Origin: Chiloscyllium plagiosum
Lineage: Eukaryota
DNA length: 64,000 bases
Direction: 5' to 3'
Assembly (NCBI RefSeq): GCF_004010195.1
Contig: NC_057741.1
Span: 1,311,584-1,375,583 of the forward strand
Shown: piece by piece, positions 51,496-64,000 of the stretch
How the letters are laid out: each line of letters opens with the position of its first letter
How positions within the stretch are numbered: position 1 is the stretch's first letter
Translations under genes and position numbers: made by a program
Notes under the pieces: model-generated
What the model was told of the DNA's origin: nothing
Seen by the model: only the letters and a program-made list of their open reading frames with translations
Database searches by the model: none

Positions 51496-52835
51496 ATTCC
51501 TGTGTTTGACACTGCAATCCAGTTTAACATTAATTGTAAGATTCTGACTCTGGTCGAATATGAAACCACTTCAGGTACAAGTATGATTAGATGATGTTCA
51601 TAAATTTATTGAATATACATAAATTTATTGAATAGTCATAACGAGTACAACAAAACTAGTACTTAAGGCAGTGGACTCAATCGACCGGCAGTAGAATATG
51701 GTCCTTGGTTGGCTGGGGTGCTGGCTCCTGTCTTCTTCATACACATGGTACTACTGAGTAGCAGGCCTTTTTGTGTTAACCCTTTACCACAACCTGCGTA
51801 ATGGTATGGCGCAGGCAGTGCATAATTAAGTTTTGATTGGTGAGGGGAACATAAGTAGTGCATGATCACCTGATGTCCATTCTCCCAAGGTAAGAACCAA
51901 GATTAGCTCATTGACTGCAGTTTTGCTTATTTAGTGTGAATTTGTAATTAAATCACCACTTGTCTTACTGCATCTGTGTGTATTTGATCAGATCAGTTAC
52001 TTCTAAATGACTATCTGTTTTCGTGCGGCTGCATGATGAGTTTTATTGAGGTGGTTGGATTGGCTATTTTACTTTTAAACAGAGATTGCGTACTTGAAAC
52101 TTTAACAACCCATATCTATTTAATATTTAATGATATCTAAACCATATCTACTTAAAAGGCTATCCAAAGTGTGTGTAAAATATGTGGATAGCAATCATCG
52201 GTATTTACAAGATGGACTCGATAAAATATTCTGACGCGTATCATTGTTTTGTCATGAATGATAAAAGTTTAAAGGGATTGGACAGTTCCAAAACTAATCA
52301 CTCACTGACATAAGTTAAATCTTGCATAAAAAGAATATTTAGATACTTTGATTCTGTATTATAACGAAACAAAACCCCCTAACTCTTACACCTGCAAACA
52401 CTTGCTATACCTTTCTTATCCTATTTTTCTTCCTGTCTGTCGTCATACGTTTGAGTTTTTTTGTTGGTTTCTTCCATTTACATAAGTTTAGTCCAACCCA
52501 GTTTTGTTTAGCCCTACATGTGACATTCCAGATGCATATTCTTTCTGACAACTTCCTTCATCCCTTTACAGTCTCCAACTTGATGGGTGATGGAATGCTT
52601 CATTTTATTAATTATTTTGAAAAATAATAAGGAATTTCCATTGGAGCACTATGGGGTAATGATGCAAAGCTCAGTTTTGATTGTGTTGTGATTCATTTAA
52701 TTAAAGTTTTGAACATGCAGATCAATGGAAAATGATTATAATACTCAGCAGCTCGAGCAGCATTTGTGAAGTGAAAAAAATAATGTTTCAGGTTAAAAAC
52801 AGTTCATCAGAATTGTATTACATCATTTATTTCAG

Positions 52836-52916
52836 ATTTGGTTGGTTTGGCATCGACCCTGAAGAAGTGGCAAAACCTTGGTTAAACTATCTTGGAGCAG
52901 CTCTATCTTTCTTAAG
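52836..52916 (+). CDS. TMEM144: TMEM144 coding exon
   Basis: TTTCAG|; [35 protein letters not shown]; 81 nt. Confidence 0.96.
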
Positions 52917-53262
52917 GTAAACCTGTCCAGCCAAGTTGAATTAAGAATAGTTGATACAGTTGCTTTTCGTCAACTGCATTTATAACATGAATTGATCTGG
53001 AAACATATATTGATTTATATTTAAGCTAATTTTATGTAATAGCAATTTTTTTAGCATTTTTTAAGTGTTATTATTTTAGTCAATCAATAATTCATACTCC
53101 AGACCTAACAAAATAATGATGAAAGGAATTTGTGGGGTAACAAAAATTTCAGTTCATCTGAAATCTTAACTGTTCTAATGAAATACAATGTATTTAGTCT
53201 AAAGCTTCATTGAACTTATAGTCTGACATTTAATATGTTGATTTTGATACTTTTTGTTTTAG

Positions 53263-53344
53263 TGCCATCATATTTTTCTTTGTCAAGAGTGATGTAAATA
53301 CTAGAAATCATTCTGAATCATCACTTCCATTACTAATTGATAGT
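53263..53344 (+). CDS. TMEM144: TMEM144 coding exon
   Basis: TTTTAG|; AIIFFFVKSDVNTRNHSESSLPLLIDS; |GTAAGT; 82 nt, phase 2-0. Confidence 0.93.
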
Positions 53345-56300
53345 GTAAGTAGCACCTCCCTGTGGAGTTTTGGAAAGTTTCTTTCACTGGAGCAAACTCT
53401 TCTGCCTAAAAGTTGAATAAATTCCTTGTTTTGTATTGCCTTTAGATTTTGACTATGCTGTGAATTTTGTATTCAAATAATATTCCATAATGATGGATCA
53501 CATAAAACTTGAACAGTAAGGTGCTTTTTGTTATCTTCTATTTCTGCCTCCATTGGTCACTTTGTTATTACTTCAAATCTGAAAATTATGGCTGCTGTAT
53601 TTAAATGTATAATCTAGGCTGAAAAAGTATTGAAGGAGTGTTGTTGTTTAGATTGTGTATTTCAGTTAAGATTTTTACTGAGATCTTAACGACTTGCTCG
53701 GATAGAATGGAGAGACCCACATGGGACACTTCAAATACAAATAGAAAGTTCTTCTGATGGTCTGACCAACACTCTTCTTGCAATAAATCAGTATTTTTCA
53801 CTTACTTTTTATAGCACTTGCTGTTTGCAAGTCATCTCATACTTTTGGAAAATATCTATCATAATTGCACAACAAATGTAAAAACTAAAAATGCTAGAAA
53901 TATTCAATAGGTCAGTGATGAGAGAAAGAAAGCAATCGGTAATTCACTTCTCCATAGTTATTGCCTGACTTGTTTGGTGATTTTAGATTTTCAAAATCTG
54001 CAGTATTTCACTTCTGTTTGCTTCAAAATTCGATTAACTCTGAAATGCTTATAGGATGCCCTACAAATGTGAAAAGTGCAATTTACATACAAGTTATTTT
54101 TATTGTGGAAAAATAGTTTTGTGCTTGTCAAGGTAGATGAAGAGGACTTATTCTGAGGAGCAAGACTTTTCTTTACCCTATTTGGCATGATACAGAGTAA
54201 GAATTACCCACAATGCATTTTACCATGGCCAGTGCTGAATTCAGGTGTGTTCAAGGTCTGGGCCTAGCTTTGGGGGGAAATAATGAAGAAAGTAGGGACC
54301 CTACTTCAGGTTTGAGGGAATGTATTGCAGATTTCACACCTGTTGGCAATTGGCCCTTCTCACTGCAGTCTGATGGGATGAAATTTCATTGGGACAGTTT
54401 ATAAAATTATGCAGTTAATTTTCTGGGGTATATGGGGTATATTTCAACTTTTGACTGAACAGTAGGAATCACAGAAAATTTGTGGCAAAGGTTTGGGGTT
54501 TTGAGTGGGGGCATGGTAATTTCTGGAATTCCAACAGTAGCTCTTTGAAATGCCCATGACTGCACCATCTATTTGCAACCACAGTGAAGAAACCTGGGCA
54601 TATAAGTCTAATTCTCTCGACCTTCCTCCCCGCTTTGGAGATACCTGGGTACTATAAATGAGTTGGAAATTATATCCTTTCTATCGTTTTAGAATTAATG
54701 GTCATAGGAGAAGCAATTGATCCCATAAACTTTGTGAAGTTGCATCACTAACTGCATGACAAATCTAAAATCTTTTGTTATGCAGTTTAAACATGTAAAA
54801 TATATCAAAATTCCAAAATACAGTCGTACTGTTTGATCAGAAATACATGGGGCAATTATATATTTAAGATCTGTTAAAGTCACAATAGAACTATATTTCC
54901 CCTGGGGTTTTAATTTTTTATAGTTTGTCAATTTTAGAATTGATCATAAGACATTTGACAACAGCTGCCAACATTGCTGCATTTACCTTGGTTGAATCTG
55001 TTGAGATGAATAACATTTATTATGCAGAGAAAGAAGGTAAAATAATGGATAAATTTAAGGATAGGTAATGTTTGAATAAACAACTGCAACATCCATGAAA
55101 AGAGACAGAGATAACTGGTGGAATTTAATGTCTAAGATGAGTTGCAAATGGTGATCCTGCCACCTACCTGCCATTGCCCTGATTAAGTCAATGGTGAGAA
55201 GATCAATATGAGGGTACTCAATGCCTGATTAAGGAAGCCTGCATTAGGAAGGTGCTAGCCCATTAACAGCCAGTCACTTGCCATTGTTGCTGACTGACTC
55301 AATGCTGTGATTCACCCCTCCTGCCATCACTCACCCAAGTCTGCATCCATGAACAATCTTAAGCCTCATGTGAGTTAGTACCAACAGCAACCATTGCCTC
55401 CACAGAGCAAGGAAAGCTACCAGCCTCTGATTGTCAACTCACATCAGTTGGCACTTCTGCCCTTGTGGTCAGGGAAAGCCAACCACTGCCCAGTCAAGTT
55501 CCTGATTGATGGTTGATGCCTCCATGGCTGTCATTAAACATCTTCTGATATTTTTATTCAAAGATCTTTTATCAGAATGGTTCATCAGCTTTAAATGTTA
55601 GGTCTGTTTCCTCTTCACTGATGGTGCTGGACTTGCTGAGTATCTCTAGCATTTTCTGTTTTTATTCAATAAAACATTGGTAACATAAGTAATTACATTT
55701 CTCCCTACAGTTTCAGTGACATTTTACCGAATACAGCAAACAACGTTCCCCCTAAACTGTACAAGCAGAGCCGCACAATCTGCTGTCCACACTAGACCAT
55801 TATTCTGATGAAGAAACACATCTGCACAGCCTTGTGTTGTCATCATTACCACAAGCTACTTTTAATTTGGTGATTCATTAAGAAATCCACTCAAATGCTG
55901 AAACAATTGTTTAAACTTTATTGCACGTAGCAACCAAAATAGAGCCTCTCAAGTAGGCAAGTTAAGCCTCACAACCCTACTTAGCCAATTAACAGTAGAG
56001 TTTAATTGTGAATCCAACCAACAGAATCTGTCTCTAGATATATCATCCAGGATTAGATTTTTGTGCAGTGTTGTTCTCCAGAGTTCAGCTGATGATGATT
56101 CCAGCAGTTTAATTCTTATAGGATTTTCTTCTTGTTAAGCTTGTGGTGTGACATTATTCATGACACTTGTGAAGTCACTAACTCTGCAACTGATTTTCTT
56201 ATCGGGGTAGCTTCTCTGTTCTTTGTTTCATTCATGTTAGCTGTCTGTTCAAAATAAAGTCTACCCTGCCATTAACTCCTTAAATTCTTCTCTAGGCAAT

Positions 56301-56540
56301 CTTATTTGCCCATTTATCACAAGGCAACTAGTTACCAAGCAGTTGTTACCTCCTCTCTCTTAGGAAACAGCTTGTTTGTGAGGCTTTGATTCTGTTTTTC
56401 CCAAGTGATTGTTAATTGCTTTCAATTCCTTTATTACGGTTTGCCTTTCCTTTTATCTCAGGAAACAATTTATTCCTGGACAAGTTATTGCTGATTCTTT
56501 CAGTCCTTGAACAGTTTTTCAAGTTCTGAAGTTTACATTG

Positions 56541-57158
56541 TGTGACGATGCTGCTCCTTTAACAACGTTATGGTGTCCTTGGAATTTTTTTTCAGAGAGG
56601 TCGTAATAGACACAAACTCCGAAAAGTCTAAGTTGAAGGACTTTAGGGCCAGTTTGATCATAGCTAATAATTACTGCCTCAGACAACAGGCTTTCAGGTT
56701 TTTGGAAAAAAAACACTTGTAAAAGTGGCCAGTTCTCCCAGTTTAGCTTTTCTCTGGTTTGGTTTTTAGCAGTAGTTTTTTAAAGCTGCTGGATCCAAGA
56801 GAAGCACATCCAAGCCTCCTCTCTCTCTCTCTGATGTCCCTTCAATAAGACCTTGTGTTTGATTTTTCCTTTTGTACCAAGGAGTGTTTATGGGGATTTT
56901 TGTAAGTATTGGGAACAGCACCATTAAGTTGGGATAATCTGTTGGCTTTTCGGATAAATTCGGTTATTCTGTTCACTTTTGTTTGTGTTTCATTTGGTAA
57001 TCTTGTAAATAAATTCTGTACTGTTTAAAACTAAGTGGTTTGATCAGCAGCTCCTCTCTTGGAATATCCACTTTAGACCTGTTTAAAACAACTAGCAAAG
57101 TTAGGGTCTGAGCTACTTTCTTGAAACGTTTTGAGGGGGTCTAGCCTGGTCCGTAACA
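56541..57158 (+). mobile_element. Solo LTR (618 bp) with 5-bp TSD
   Basis: TGTGACG...CGTAACA termini; CATTG at 56536-56540 and 57159-57163; AATAAA at about 57008. Confidence 0.85.
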
Positions 57159-58216
57159 CATTGTCACACTTTGGACCACAGGATAATAAGTAAATGGCAT
57201 GTTGTAAGTCAATATTAAAGGGAATATTCATTGGGAATCTGAACCCCATCTGTGTTATGTGAGACAATTTGAGTTCTGTCCCTTGACATTCTTTCCCCTC
57301 TAAAAGTATTAGTTTTTTTAAAATCTCAACACAAACAACTGGCATCCACTGCTAATGGACAAGGACCAAACGAATGGGGGCAATGGGAAAGAAAACGAGA
57401 GAGACAGTCATTGAGGACAAATCAAGTCTTCAAAAGCAGGCTTGATTTATTAAGATTTAACTTTGGCAGATCATTCCATTAGAAAAATGATTAAATAAAG
57501 ATGTAGAGAGTAAATGTGTTTGTACATTTAATGATTTAAGTAAGTGTCAAATTAATTCTGGGGGACAAAAACAGAATTTTAGTCATGATACGTAGCATCG
57601 ATTGTGGTTCTATCCTGATTAGCATTTTCTGTTGCTTTTGAGCTAATTGTTTAATTAGTGCAAAGTTCTTTGAAATCAGTTTTCAAAATGCAATTCATCA
57701 TTGTTAGATTTTGAATTGTGTTAGTTTTTTGTAGCTTTCCAAATATAATATTCCTTTATTAGGTAGACTGTTATTGCATTAATATTGACATGCTTTGTTG
57801 CGGAGTGTTTTTGATGCATTTAGAGATTATTTGAATGATGTAGATTTTATGTGCAAGTTGCAATCTGGATGGAATTATAGTGGTGTGTTCTTGTTCATTA
57901 TTATTTTGTGTTCTTATTCTTTTGGAATGAAAACAATATTGGGAAAGTTTCTTTTTTGAATCTTTAAAAATCTGTTTAGTTATGAATCTCATGAAATCCA
58001 AACTCCATGCCATGAATTTTATTACATCATAATATCCTACAAGCAAGAATTGCTAAAGATGCACAAGTTTCTTTAAAAAAAGTTTCTGGCTTTACTTTGA
58101 TTTATGGATCTTTGAATTTTCTGAGACTATTTATTCCCCTTAAAGATGTAAGCTGTTATAACTGGAAGTTTGATACTGTTTTGGAAGTGCCTAACAGCAT
58201 TTATTTTTAAATATAG

Positions 58217-58296
58217 AATATAAATACTAGTGAAGAAATTATCTTGACAGATGAATCCTGGGTAGACAAGCTTAGTCCACTAAAGAAAAGACTTGT
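58217..58296 (+). CDS. TMEM144: TMEM144 coding exon
   Basis: ATATAG|; NINTSEEIILTDESWVDKLSPLKKRLV; GT|GTAAGT; 80 nt, phase 0-2. Confidence 0.9.
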
Positions 58297-59530
58297 GTAA
58301 GTAGTGTGCATTTCATTGAAAATGATGTAAAGGTCTTTTAACCAATGATGAATGTTTGTGGTCTTTGAGATCAAAAAAACTTTGTGTTATTGGCGTTCAG
58401 GCTGTGCATCAATGCTGAGTATAATCCTGTGCTGAAGCACACTTGCCTCAATGAGAGCATGAACTTGTCCAAACTGCACACCTCACTGTGGCCCCAAATT
58501 TTATTCAGAGCAGAGGCCTCCCCAAAGTCGAGCTTGGAGTGTTTACGTAACACTCCAGATGTACACTTTCAGTTTCAAAGGGAGACCTTGCCAAAAGAAA
58601 ATGCACCTCTTGGTAATAATCTTTTCAAAATAAAATAGTTCCATCATTCATCAAAACATTTCACTTAATTTAACCTTCAAACAGCCAAGTCCTCAAACCA
58701 GACCTCGTGTTCACTAGGCATTTGTTTGTTAAAGATAATCTCCTGAAGTGTAACTTTGCATGAGTGCAACATGAACAATACACTGGACAGGCACTAAATA
58801 CTGAATTGCATAAACCTTGTCTGGTCATGTGAACTCAGTTAATTTGCAAGTGAATTAAAAGTGGTATAAAGCTACACTGGCCTCTGAATGTACAATCTTT
58901 AATGACAATTGATTCAAACGGCATTCAAAATGATATAAGTAATAATGAGACAGTTATGTTATTTATTCATTTATTTCTTGCTTAGGTAGCCTTCAACATT
59001 TTGTGCAGTCTGCTGGTGGGTCTTGGAGTGCTCAGATGTTCCTTTTGTGTGTGGCTGTGATAAAGTTTGACCCCCCGATTGTTTTTTTGAGTTTAGTTGC
59101 ATTAGTTGCTCCAAAAGCAATTTGAATGCCTCACTCTTAAGAAATTTGATGTCCAATGAACTGTCTCTACTTGTACGATAGTGTAATGTAACAGTAGGGC
59201 CCTCTTGCAATCTTAGATATTCATGTTTCTTTGTATGTGCACCAATCATTATAAAGGCAGACCAAAACAAATGGTGGGGTAAATTAAGAAAAACATTCGA
59301 GTCAGTTATTGAGGATGTAATAGCGGCATATTTGGAAAGCTGTAATCTGATCAAGCAGAATCAGTATGATTTCATGAAAGAGAAATTGTGTCTGACTAAT
59401 TTATTAGAGTTTTTAAAGAAATTCTCAACCAGAGTGAATAGAGAGGAAGCCATACATGTGTTGTATTTGGACTTTCAGAAGGCAATCGACCAAGAACCTC
59501 ACAAAAGATAATAAGACAAGAGCCTATGGT

Positions 59531-59735
59531 GCTGGAAATGTGTTGCTGGAAAAGCGCAGCAGGTCAGGCAGCATCCAGGGAACAGGAGAATCGACGTTTC
59601 GGAATTCCTGAAGAAGGCCTTATGCCCGAAACGTCGATTCTCCTGTTCCCTGGATGCTGCCTGACCTGCTGCGCTTTTCCAGCAACACATTTCCAGCTCT
59701 GATCTCCAGCATCTGCAGACCTCACTTTCTCCTCA
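59531..59735 (+). mobile_element. Young palindromic Penelope pLTR insert with hammerhead and TSD
   Basis: Perfect 72-bp inverted arms at 59531-59602 and 59626-59697; TSD AAGAGCCTATGGT(G) at 59518-59531 and 59736-59749. Confidence 0.92.
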
Positions 59736-60187
59736 AAGAGCCTATGGTGTTAGAGGCAGTATATTGGCATGAATAGAGAATTGGCTAATGGGTAGGAAAC
59801 AGCGAGTGGGGATAAGGGTTTCTTTTTCAATTTGCAACCTGTAATCAGCTGGGGTTCCACAGGGATCAGCACTGGTAATGTAACTGTTTACAATCTATAT
59901 TAATGACTTGTTCGAAGGAAGTGAATGTACCATAGTCAAATCTGCAGACAATGCAAAAACAGACAAGTTGCAAAGAGAATACAAACAATTTACAGAGAGA
60001 AATTGTTTAACTAAGTGGGCAAAAGGTTGGCAAATGGAATATAACGTGGGATAAAGTGAAGTTGTTCATTTAAGAAGGGAGCACAAAATTCCAGTATTAT
60101 TTAAATGGAGAAAAGCTGAACATAAAGAGACTTAGATGTTCTTGTACATGAATCACAAAGCTCACACACAGATCCAGCAGGTAAACA

Positions 60188-60399
60188 GTGTCGAGAGGGT
60201 GTTGCTGGAAAAGCACAGCAAGTCAGGCAGCAACCGAGGAGCAGAAGAATTGACGTTTCGGGCATAAGCTCTTCCTGATGAAGGGCTTATATCCGAAGCT
60301 TCGATTCTACTGCTCCTCAGATGCTGCCTGACCTGCTGTGCTTTTCCAGCAACACACTTTCAACTCTGATCTCCAGTACCTGCAGTCCTCACTTTCTCC
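60188..60399 (+). mobile_element. Older palindromic Penelope pLTR insert
   Basis: Inverted arms about 60190-60274 and 60279-60364; ends CCTCACTTTCTCC; diverged TSD [21 protein letters not shown]. Confidence 0.85.
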
Positions 60400-61319
60400 G
60401 CGGTAGACAACCAGGAAGGCTTACGGAAGATGGGTTCTTATTTCAAGTCAGTTGAAGTATAAGAGTAAGGGAGTCTTACTGAAACTGTACAAGGTGCTGG
60501 TAAGGTCTTATCTGGAGTACTGAGAGAAGTTTTGGTCACCTTATTGAAGGAGAGATATTATTTTATTGGAGGCAGTTCAGAGAAGGTTTACTAGTAACAT
60601 CCCCATCATGGAGTGATCCTCTTATGAACAGAGGCTTAAACAGGTTGGGACCCTACTTACTGAAGTTGAGAAAAATGCAAGTTGGTCTCATGGAAACATA
60701 TGGGATTCTTAAGTGGCTTAACAAAGTAAATGCTGATGGGATAGTCTCAGAATAAAGCATTGCCAATTTAAGATGCAGATGAGGAGGTATTTCATCTCTT
60801 GCAAGATTGTGTCCTTGCCGCAGAGAGCTGGGGAGCAGAGTCCTTGTGTATATTTACAACTGATATTGATTCTTGATCAGTGGGGGAATCAAGGGTTATG
60901 GGGAATAGGCAGGCAAATAGATGTGAAGAATGTTGGATCAACCATGATCCTATTGAATGATGGATCAGGCTGAATGGCCTACTCCTGTTCCTGTTTCTTA
61001 TGATCATAATGCATGCGAGAATGAAAGAATCGCATTTGAGGTAATTATGTTACACTGCTAAAAGAAGATTGCTTCTGACAGAAGCACAACTATTTTCTGA
61101 TACAATTTGAGGAAACCAACAATCCTCCGAGGAAACAAACAATCAACAGCAACTCTAACACCAGAATATCCCCTGCAAAGGCCTCTGTAAGGAACATCAC
61201 CATAATGTTACATTGAGCCTGGTGCAATGGTAGTGAGCTAGCCACCCAATCTATGTTAAGTGCCCCATGCCAAAAAAACACCCAGTGGCAGAATATGCCA
61301 TCCAGCCAGCGCTATGACT

Positions 61320-61785
61320 AAAACTGAAGTTGCCAGGACCTGATGGCTTAAATCCAAGGGTTTTAAAGGAATAACAGGGGAGGCAATGTTTGAAATATTC
61401 CAGAACTCAACTGGATTCTGGGAAGGTTCCAGCAAATTGGAATTTGCTTTTTTGACATCTTGTGTAAGAGGGAAGAAAACAGAAAGTAAGAATCTATAGC
61501 CAAGTTAAGCTGACACCTGTCAATAGGAAAAATGTCAAGGGTCCATTTTTAATGAAGAAACAGCAGGACATTTAGAAATGCTTAACACAGTCCACTAGAG
61601 TCGATGTGGTTTTGTGAAAGGGAAATCATGCTTGACAAATTTGCTTTGAGGGTCATTTGAGGATATAACAAACAGAGTTGATAAGGAAGAATTTGAGAAG
61701 GCGTGCCACATAAAAGATTACACGAAATAAGAGCTTGAGGTATTGAAGGGAATGTATTAATATGGATTGAGGATTAGTTAACAGG
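61320..61785 (+). mobile_element. Old CR1 RT fragment
   Basis: PGPDGL.PRVLK and GFVKGKSCLTNL motifs. Confidence 0.7.
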
Positions 61786-62216
61786 ATTTAATATTTAATT
61801 ATTATTTTTTAAAGTAGAAAATGTTTGGAATGCTTGGGTCAAATCAGGAAAAATGGGAAGAAAAATATAGCTGGAGATCTTTTGACTGAACATAACTTTA
61901 CATTTAATGTCTTGCAAAACATCCAATATTTATTCCCAATGGGAAACTTCAGTCGTCAAGTACATTGTACAGATCTGAGAATTTACAGGTATTGAGGAAT
62001 TTTGTAACCATTGCATCCAACTATCCATTGTGTGCTCAAAATGGCCGAGGCTCCTTATCAGAGATGCCAATTCAAAATGATTTCCCCCATCGAAACAAGA
62101 TTCTAATAAAGGAACTCGGTCCCAAATATTGGAACAAACTTAACAAAATGTGGAACATGTAATATGTTGTATTCTTCTTGAACTGATTCTTGTTCCCTTC
62201 TTCTCACTTACTTTAG

Positions 62217-62335
62217 AGGCTCGTTCCTTGCAGTGACGGCAGGGTTATTGTATGGTTCTAGCTTTGTGCCTGTAATTTATATCAAGAACCAAGCTCTGAA
62301 GAACGAAACAGAATATAAAAATGCAAGCCAGTTCG
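62217..62335 (+). CDS. TMEM144: TMEM144 coding exon (last visible; C-terminal exons lie beyond the window)
   Basis: CTTTAG|; GSFLAVTAGLLYGSSFVPVIYIKNQALKNETEYKNASQF; G|GTAAGA; 119 nt. Confidence 0.96.
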
Positions 62336-62520
62336 GTAAGAATATTTGTAGATGCTTTTTTCCTGTCAATTCTCTGCTGAGGCAATGGCAGAAGAGCAGA
62401 GCAATTCTCACATAAGTTTGGCACTGCTACTTTTAATACAGGCATTAAATATAGGGGACTTCCAGTTTACACAACGGTTAAACTAAATATGCACCATATC
62501 TTCAGAAGAAAGTACATGAG

Positions 62521-62967
62521 GGTTATTTTAAGGTCTTAAAAGAAATTGAGTCCAGATGAAGGGCTCTTGCCCAAAACGTCAATTCTCCTGCTCGTCAGAT
62601 GCTGCCTGACCTGCTGTGCTTTTCCAGCACCACACTCTCAACTCTGATCTCCAGCATCTGCAGTTCTGACTTTCACCTTTATAGCAGTCAATCCGTACAA
62701 TACTTTTGACCTTTCTTTGCAAGGTCATCTGATCTCCTTTGCTTGGTCTAAAATGGTAAGGATGTTAGGCTGAAAACTCCAAGAAGGCGAAAGTGAAGAC
62801 TGCAGATGCTGGAGATCAGAGTCGAGAGTGTGGTGCTGGAAAAGCCTAGCCGGTCAGGCAGCATCCGAAGAGCAGGAGAATTGAAGTTTTGGCTAAAAGC
62901 CCTTCATCAGGACTCAATTTCTTTTAAAACCTTAAAATAGCCATTTTCCAGCACCACACTCTCAACT
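62521..62967. mobile_element. Tail-to-tail pair of Penelope pLTR inserts sharing about 30 bp of flank (inverted repeat, arms about 160 bp)
   Basis: 62521-62679 is approximately the reverse complement of 62784-62942; an extra inverted piece sits at 62944-62967. Confidence 0.85.
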
Positions 62968-63154
62968 GAAATCTCCCAAGTGCCATTCTGTATTGTTTCC
63001 TCAAATAAATTTACATCTGCACTTTATCTAAATATCACCCGGAGAGCATGTACATTTTACTCAAATATAATCCTCCTTAAAAGCTTATGAACATTGAGAG
63101 ATAGAAATAAAAAAGAATGTTGTGGTTCTGTTCGCCGAGCTGGGAATTTGTGTT

Positions 63155-63194
63155 GCAGACGTTTCGTCCCCTGTCTAGGTGACATCCTCAGTGC
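63155..63194 (-). ncRNA. Minimal type I hammerhead ribozyme motif, intact
   Basis: GCA-CTGAGGA-T-GTCACCT-AGAC-AGGGGAC-GAAA-CG-TC-TGC, with a GUC cleavage triplet. Confidence 0.83.
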
Positions 63195-63390
63195 TTGGGA
63201 GCCTCCTGTGAAGCGCTTCTGTGATCTTTCCTCCGGCATTTGTAGTGGTTTGAATCTGCCACTTCCGGTTGTCAGTTCCAGCTGTCCACTAGATGTCACC
63301 TAGACAGGGGACGAAACATCTGCAACACAAATTCCCAGCTCGGCCAACAGAACCACAACAACGAGCACCTGAGCTACAAATCTTCTCACA

Positions 63391-63568
63391 NNNNNNNNNN
63401 NNNNNNNNNNNNNNNNNNNNNNNNNNNNNNNNNNNNNNNNNNNNNNNNNNNNNNNNNNNNNNNNNNNNNNNNNNNNNNNNNNNNNNNNNNNNNNNNNNNN
63501 NNNNNNNNNNNNNNNNNNNNNNNNNNNNNNNNNNNNNNNNNNNNNNNNNNNNNNNNNNNNNNNNNNNN
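63391..63568. other. Assembly gap (178 N)
   Basis: Run of N. Confidence 1.
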
Positions 63569-64000
63569 TCCTTTTTTTGCAGTTCTGGTGTACTGCAGTG
63601 TGTTGTGGTCCTTTTTGAATAGTGTCTTGATGCAACTTTTTTGTGTGTGTTGGGGTGGTTGCTTTCGTAATTTAGGACTTGGTCTATGTGTGTGGCTTTT
63701 CTGTCTACCTTTGTGGTGAATTCTCCGTTCGCTGTTCTCTGTACCATCACATCTAGGAATGGGAGTTGGTTGGCCTTTTCTTCCTCTCTAGTGAATCGGA
63801 TTCCTGTGAGTGTGGCGTTGATGATCCGGTGTGTGTTCTCTATTTCTGTGTTTTTAATGATTACAAAGGTGTCATCCACATATCTGACCCAGAGTTTGGG
63901 TTGAATTTGCGGTAAGACTGTTTGTTCTAATCTTTGCATTACCGCTTCTGCTATGAGTCCAGAGATGGGTGAGCCCATGGGTAGTCCAAATCTGATCTAA

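Larger units (their letters stand above)
59275..61005 (+). mobile_element. Degraded CR1 LINE RT to 3' end, host to two palindromic Penelope inserts
   Basis: VVYLDFQKA.D, GVPQGS.L, IYINDL and WQMEYNV. Confidence 0.85.
63119..63985 (-). mobile_element. Young Poseidon-type Penelope element: RT segment plus inverted pLTR pieces, interrupted by a gap
   Basis: PMGSPISGLIAEAVMQRLE...WVRYVDDTFVII...LPFLDV on minus; pLTR 63119-63287 (-) and 63292-63390 (+). Confidence 0.92.

Noticed and set aside
51500-51900. Possible minus-strand solo LTR with a short tandem CATAAATTTATTGAATA duplication
   Set aside because: I could not define TG...CA ends with a matching TSD.
59531-60399. CRISPR-like or miRNA-like repeated hairpins
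   Set aside because: Eukaryotic context with no regular repeat-spacer period; explained by Penelope pLTR inversions with TSDs.

Overview
Vertebrate genomic DNA, almost certainly from a shark, judging by the HE1-type V-SINEs, CR1 LINEs and Penelope families. It is a draft assembly with N gaps at 37344-37843 and 63391-63568. Two protein-coding genes sit head-to-head. GASK1B/FAM198B has its large first coding exon on the minus strand (1539->756). TMEM144 is on the plus strand; I could join eight coding exons in phase by hand (18636-62335, 880 nt), and its 3' exons lie beyond the window. Between the genes are two intact solitary tRNA genes (Asp-GTC, Gly-GCC), each next to an E-box-containing promoter-like patch. 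Most of the rest is transposon debris: CR1, Tx1, Rex1-like and other LINEs, SINEs, Tigger-like MITEs, solo LTRs and two Penelope-like families. Highlights: (1) at least ten minimal hammerhead-ribozyme motifs from two Penelope families, with covarying stems, often in short TSD-flanked palindromic insertions; (2) an apparent local re-insertion that copied its neighbour's flank; (3) an extra signal-peptide exon on TMEM144; (4) a perfect DR5 element and a CLEAR-like E-box at the TMEM144 5' end; (5) atypical insertions with 35- and 65-bp target duplications. Gene and repeat identifications rest on recalled sequences and motifs, not database searches. Boundaries of old repeats are approximate.
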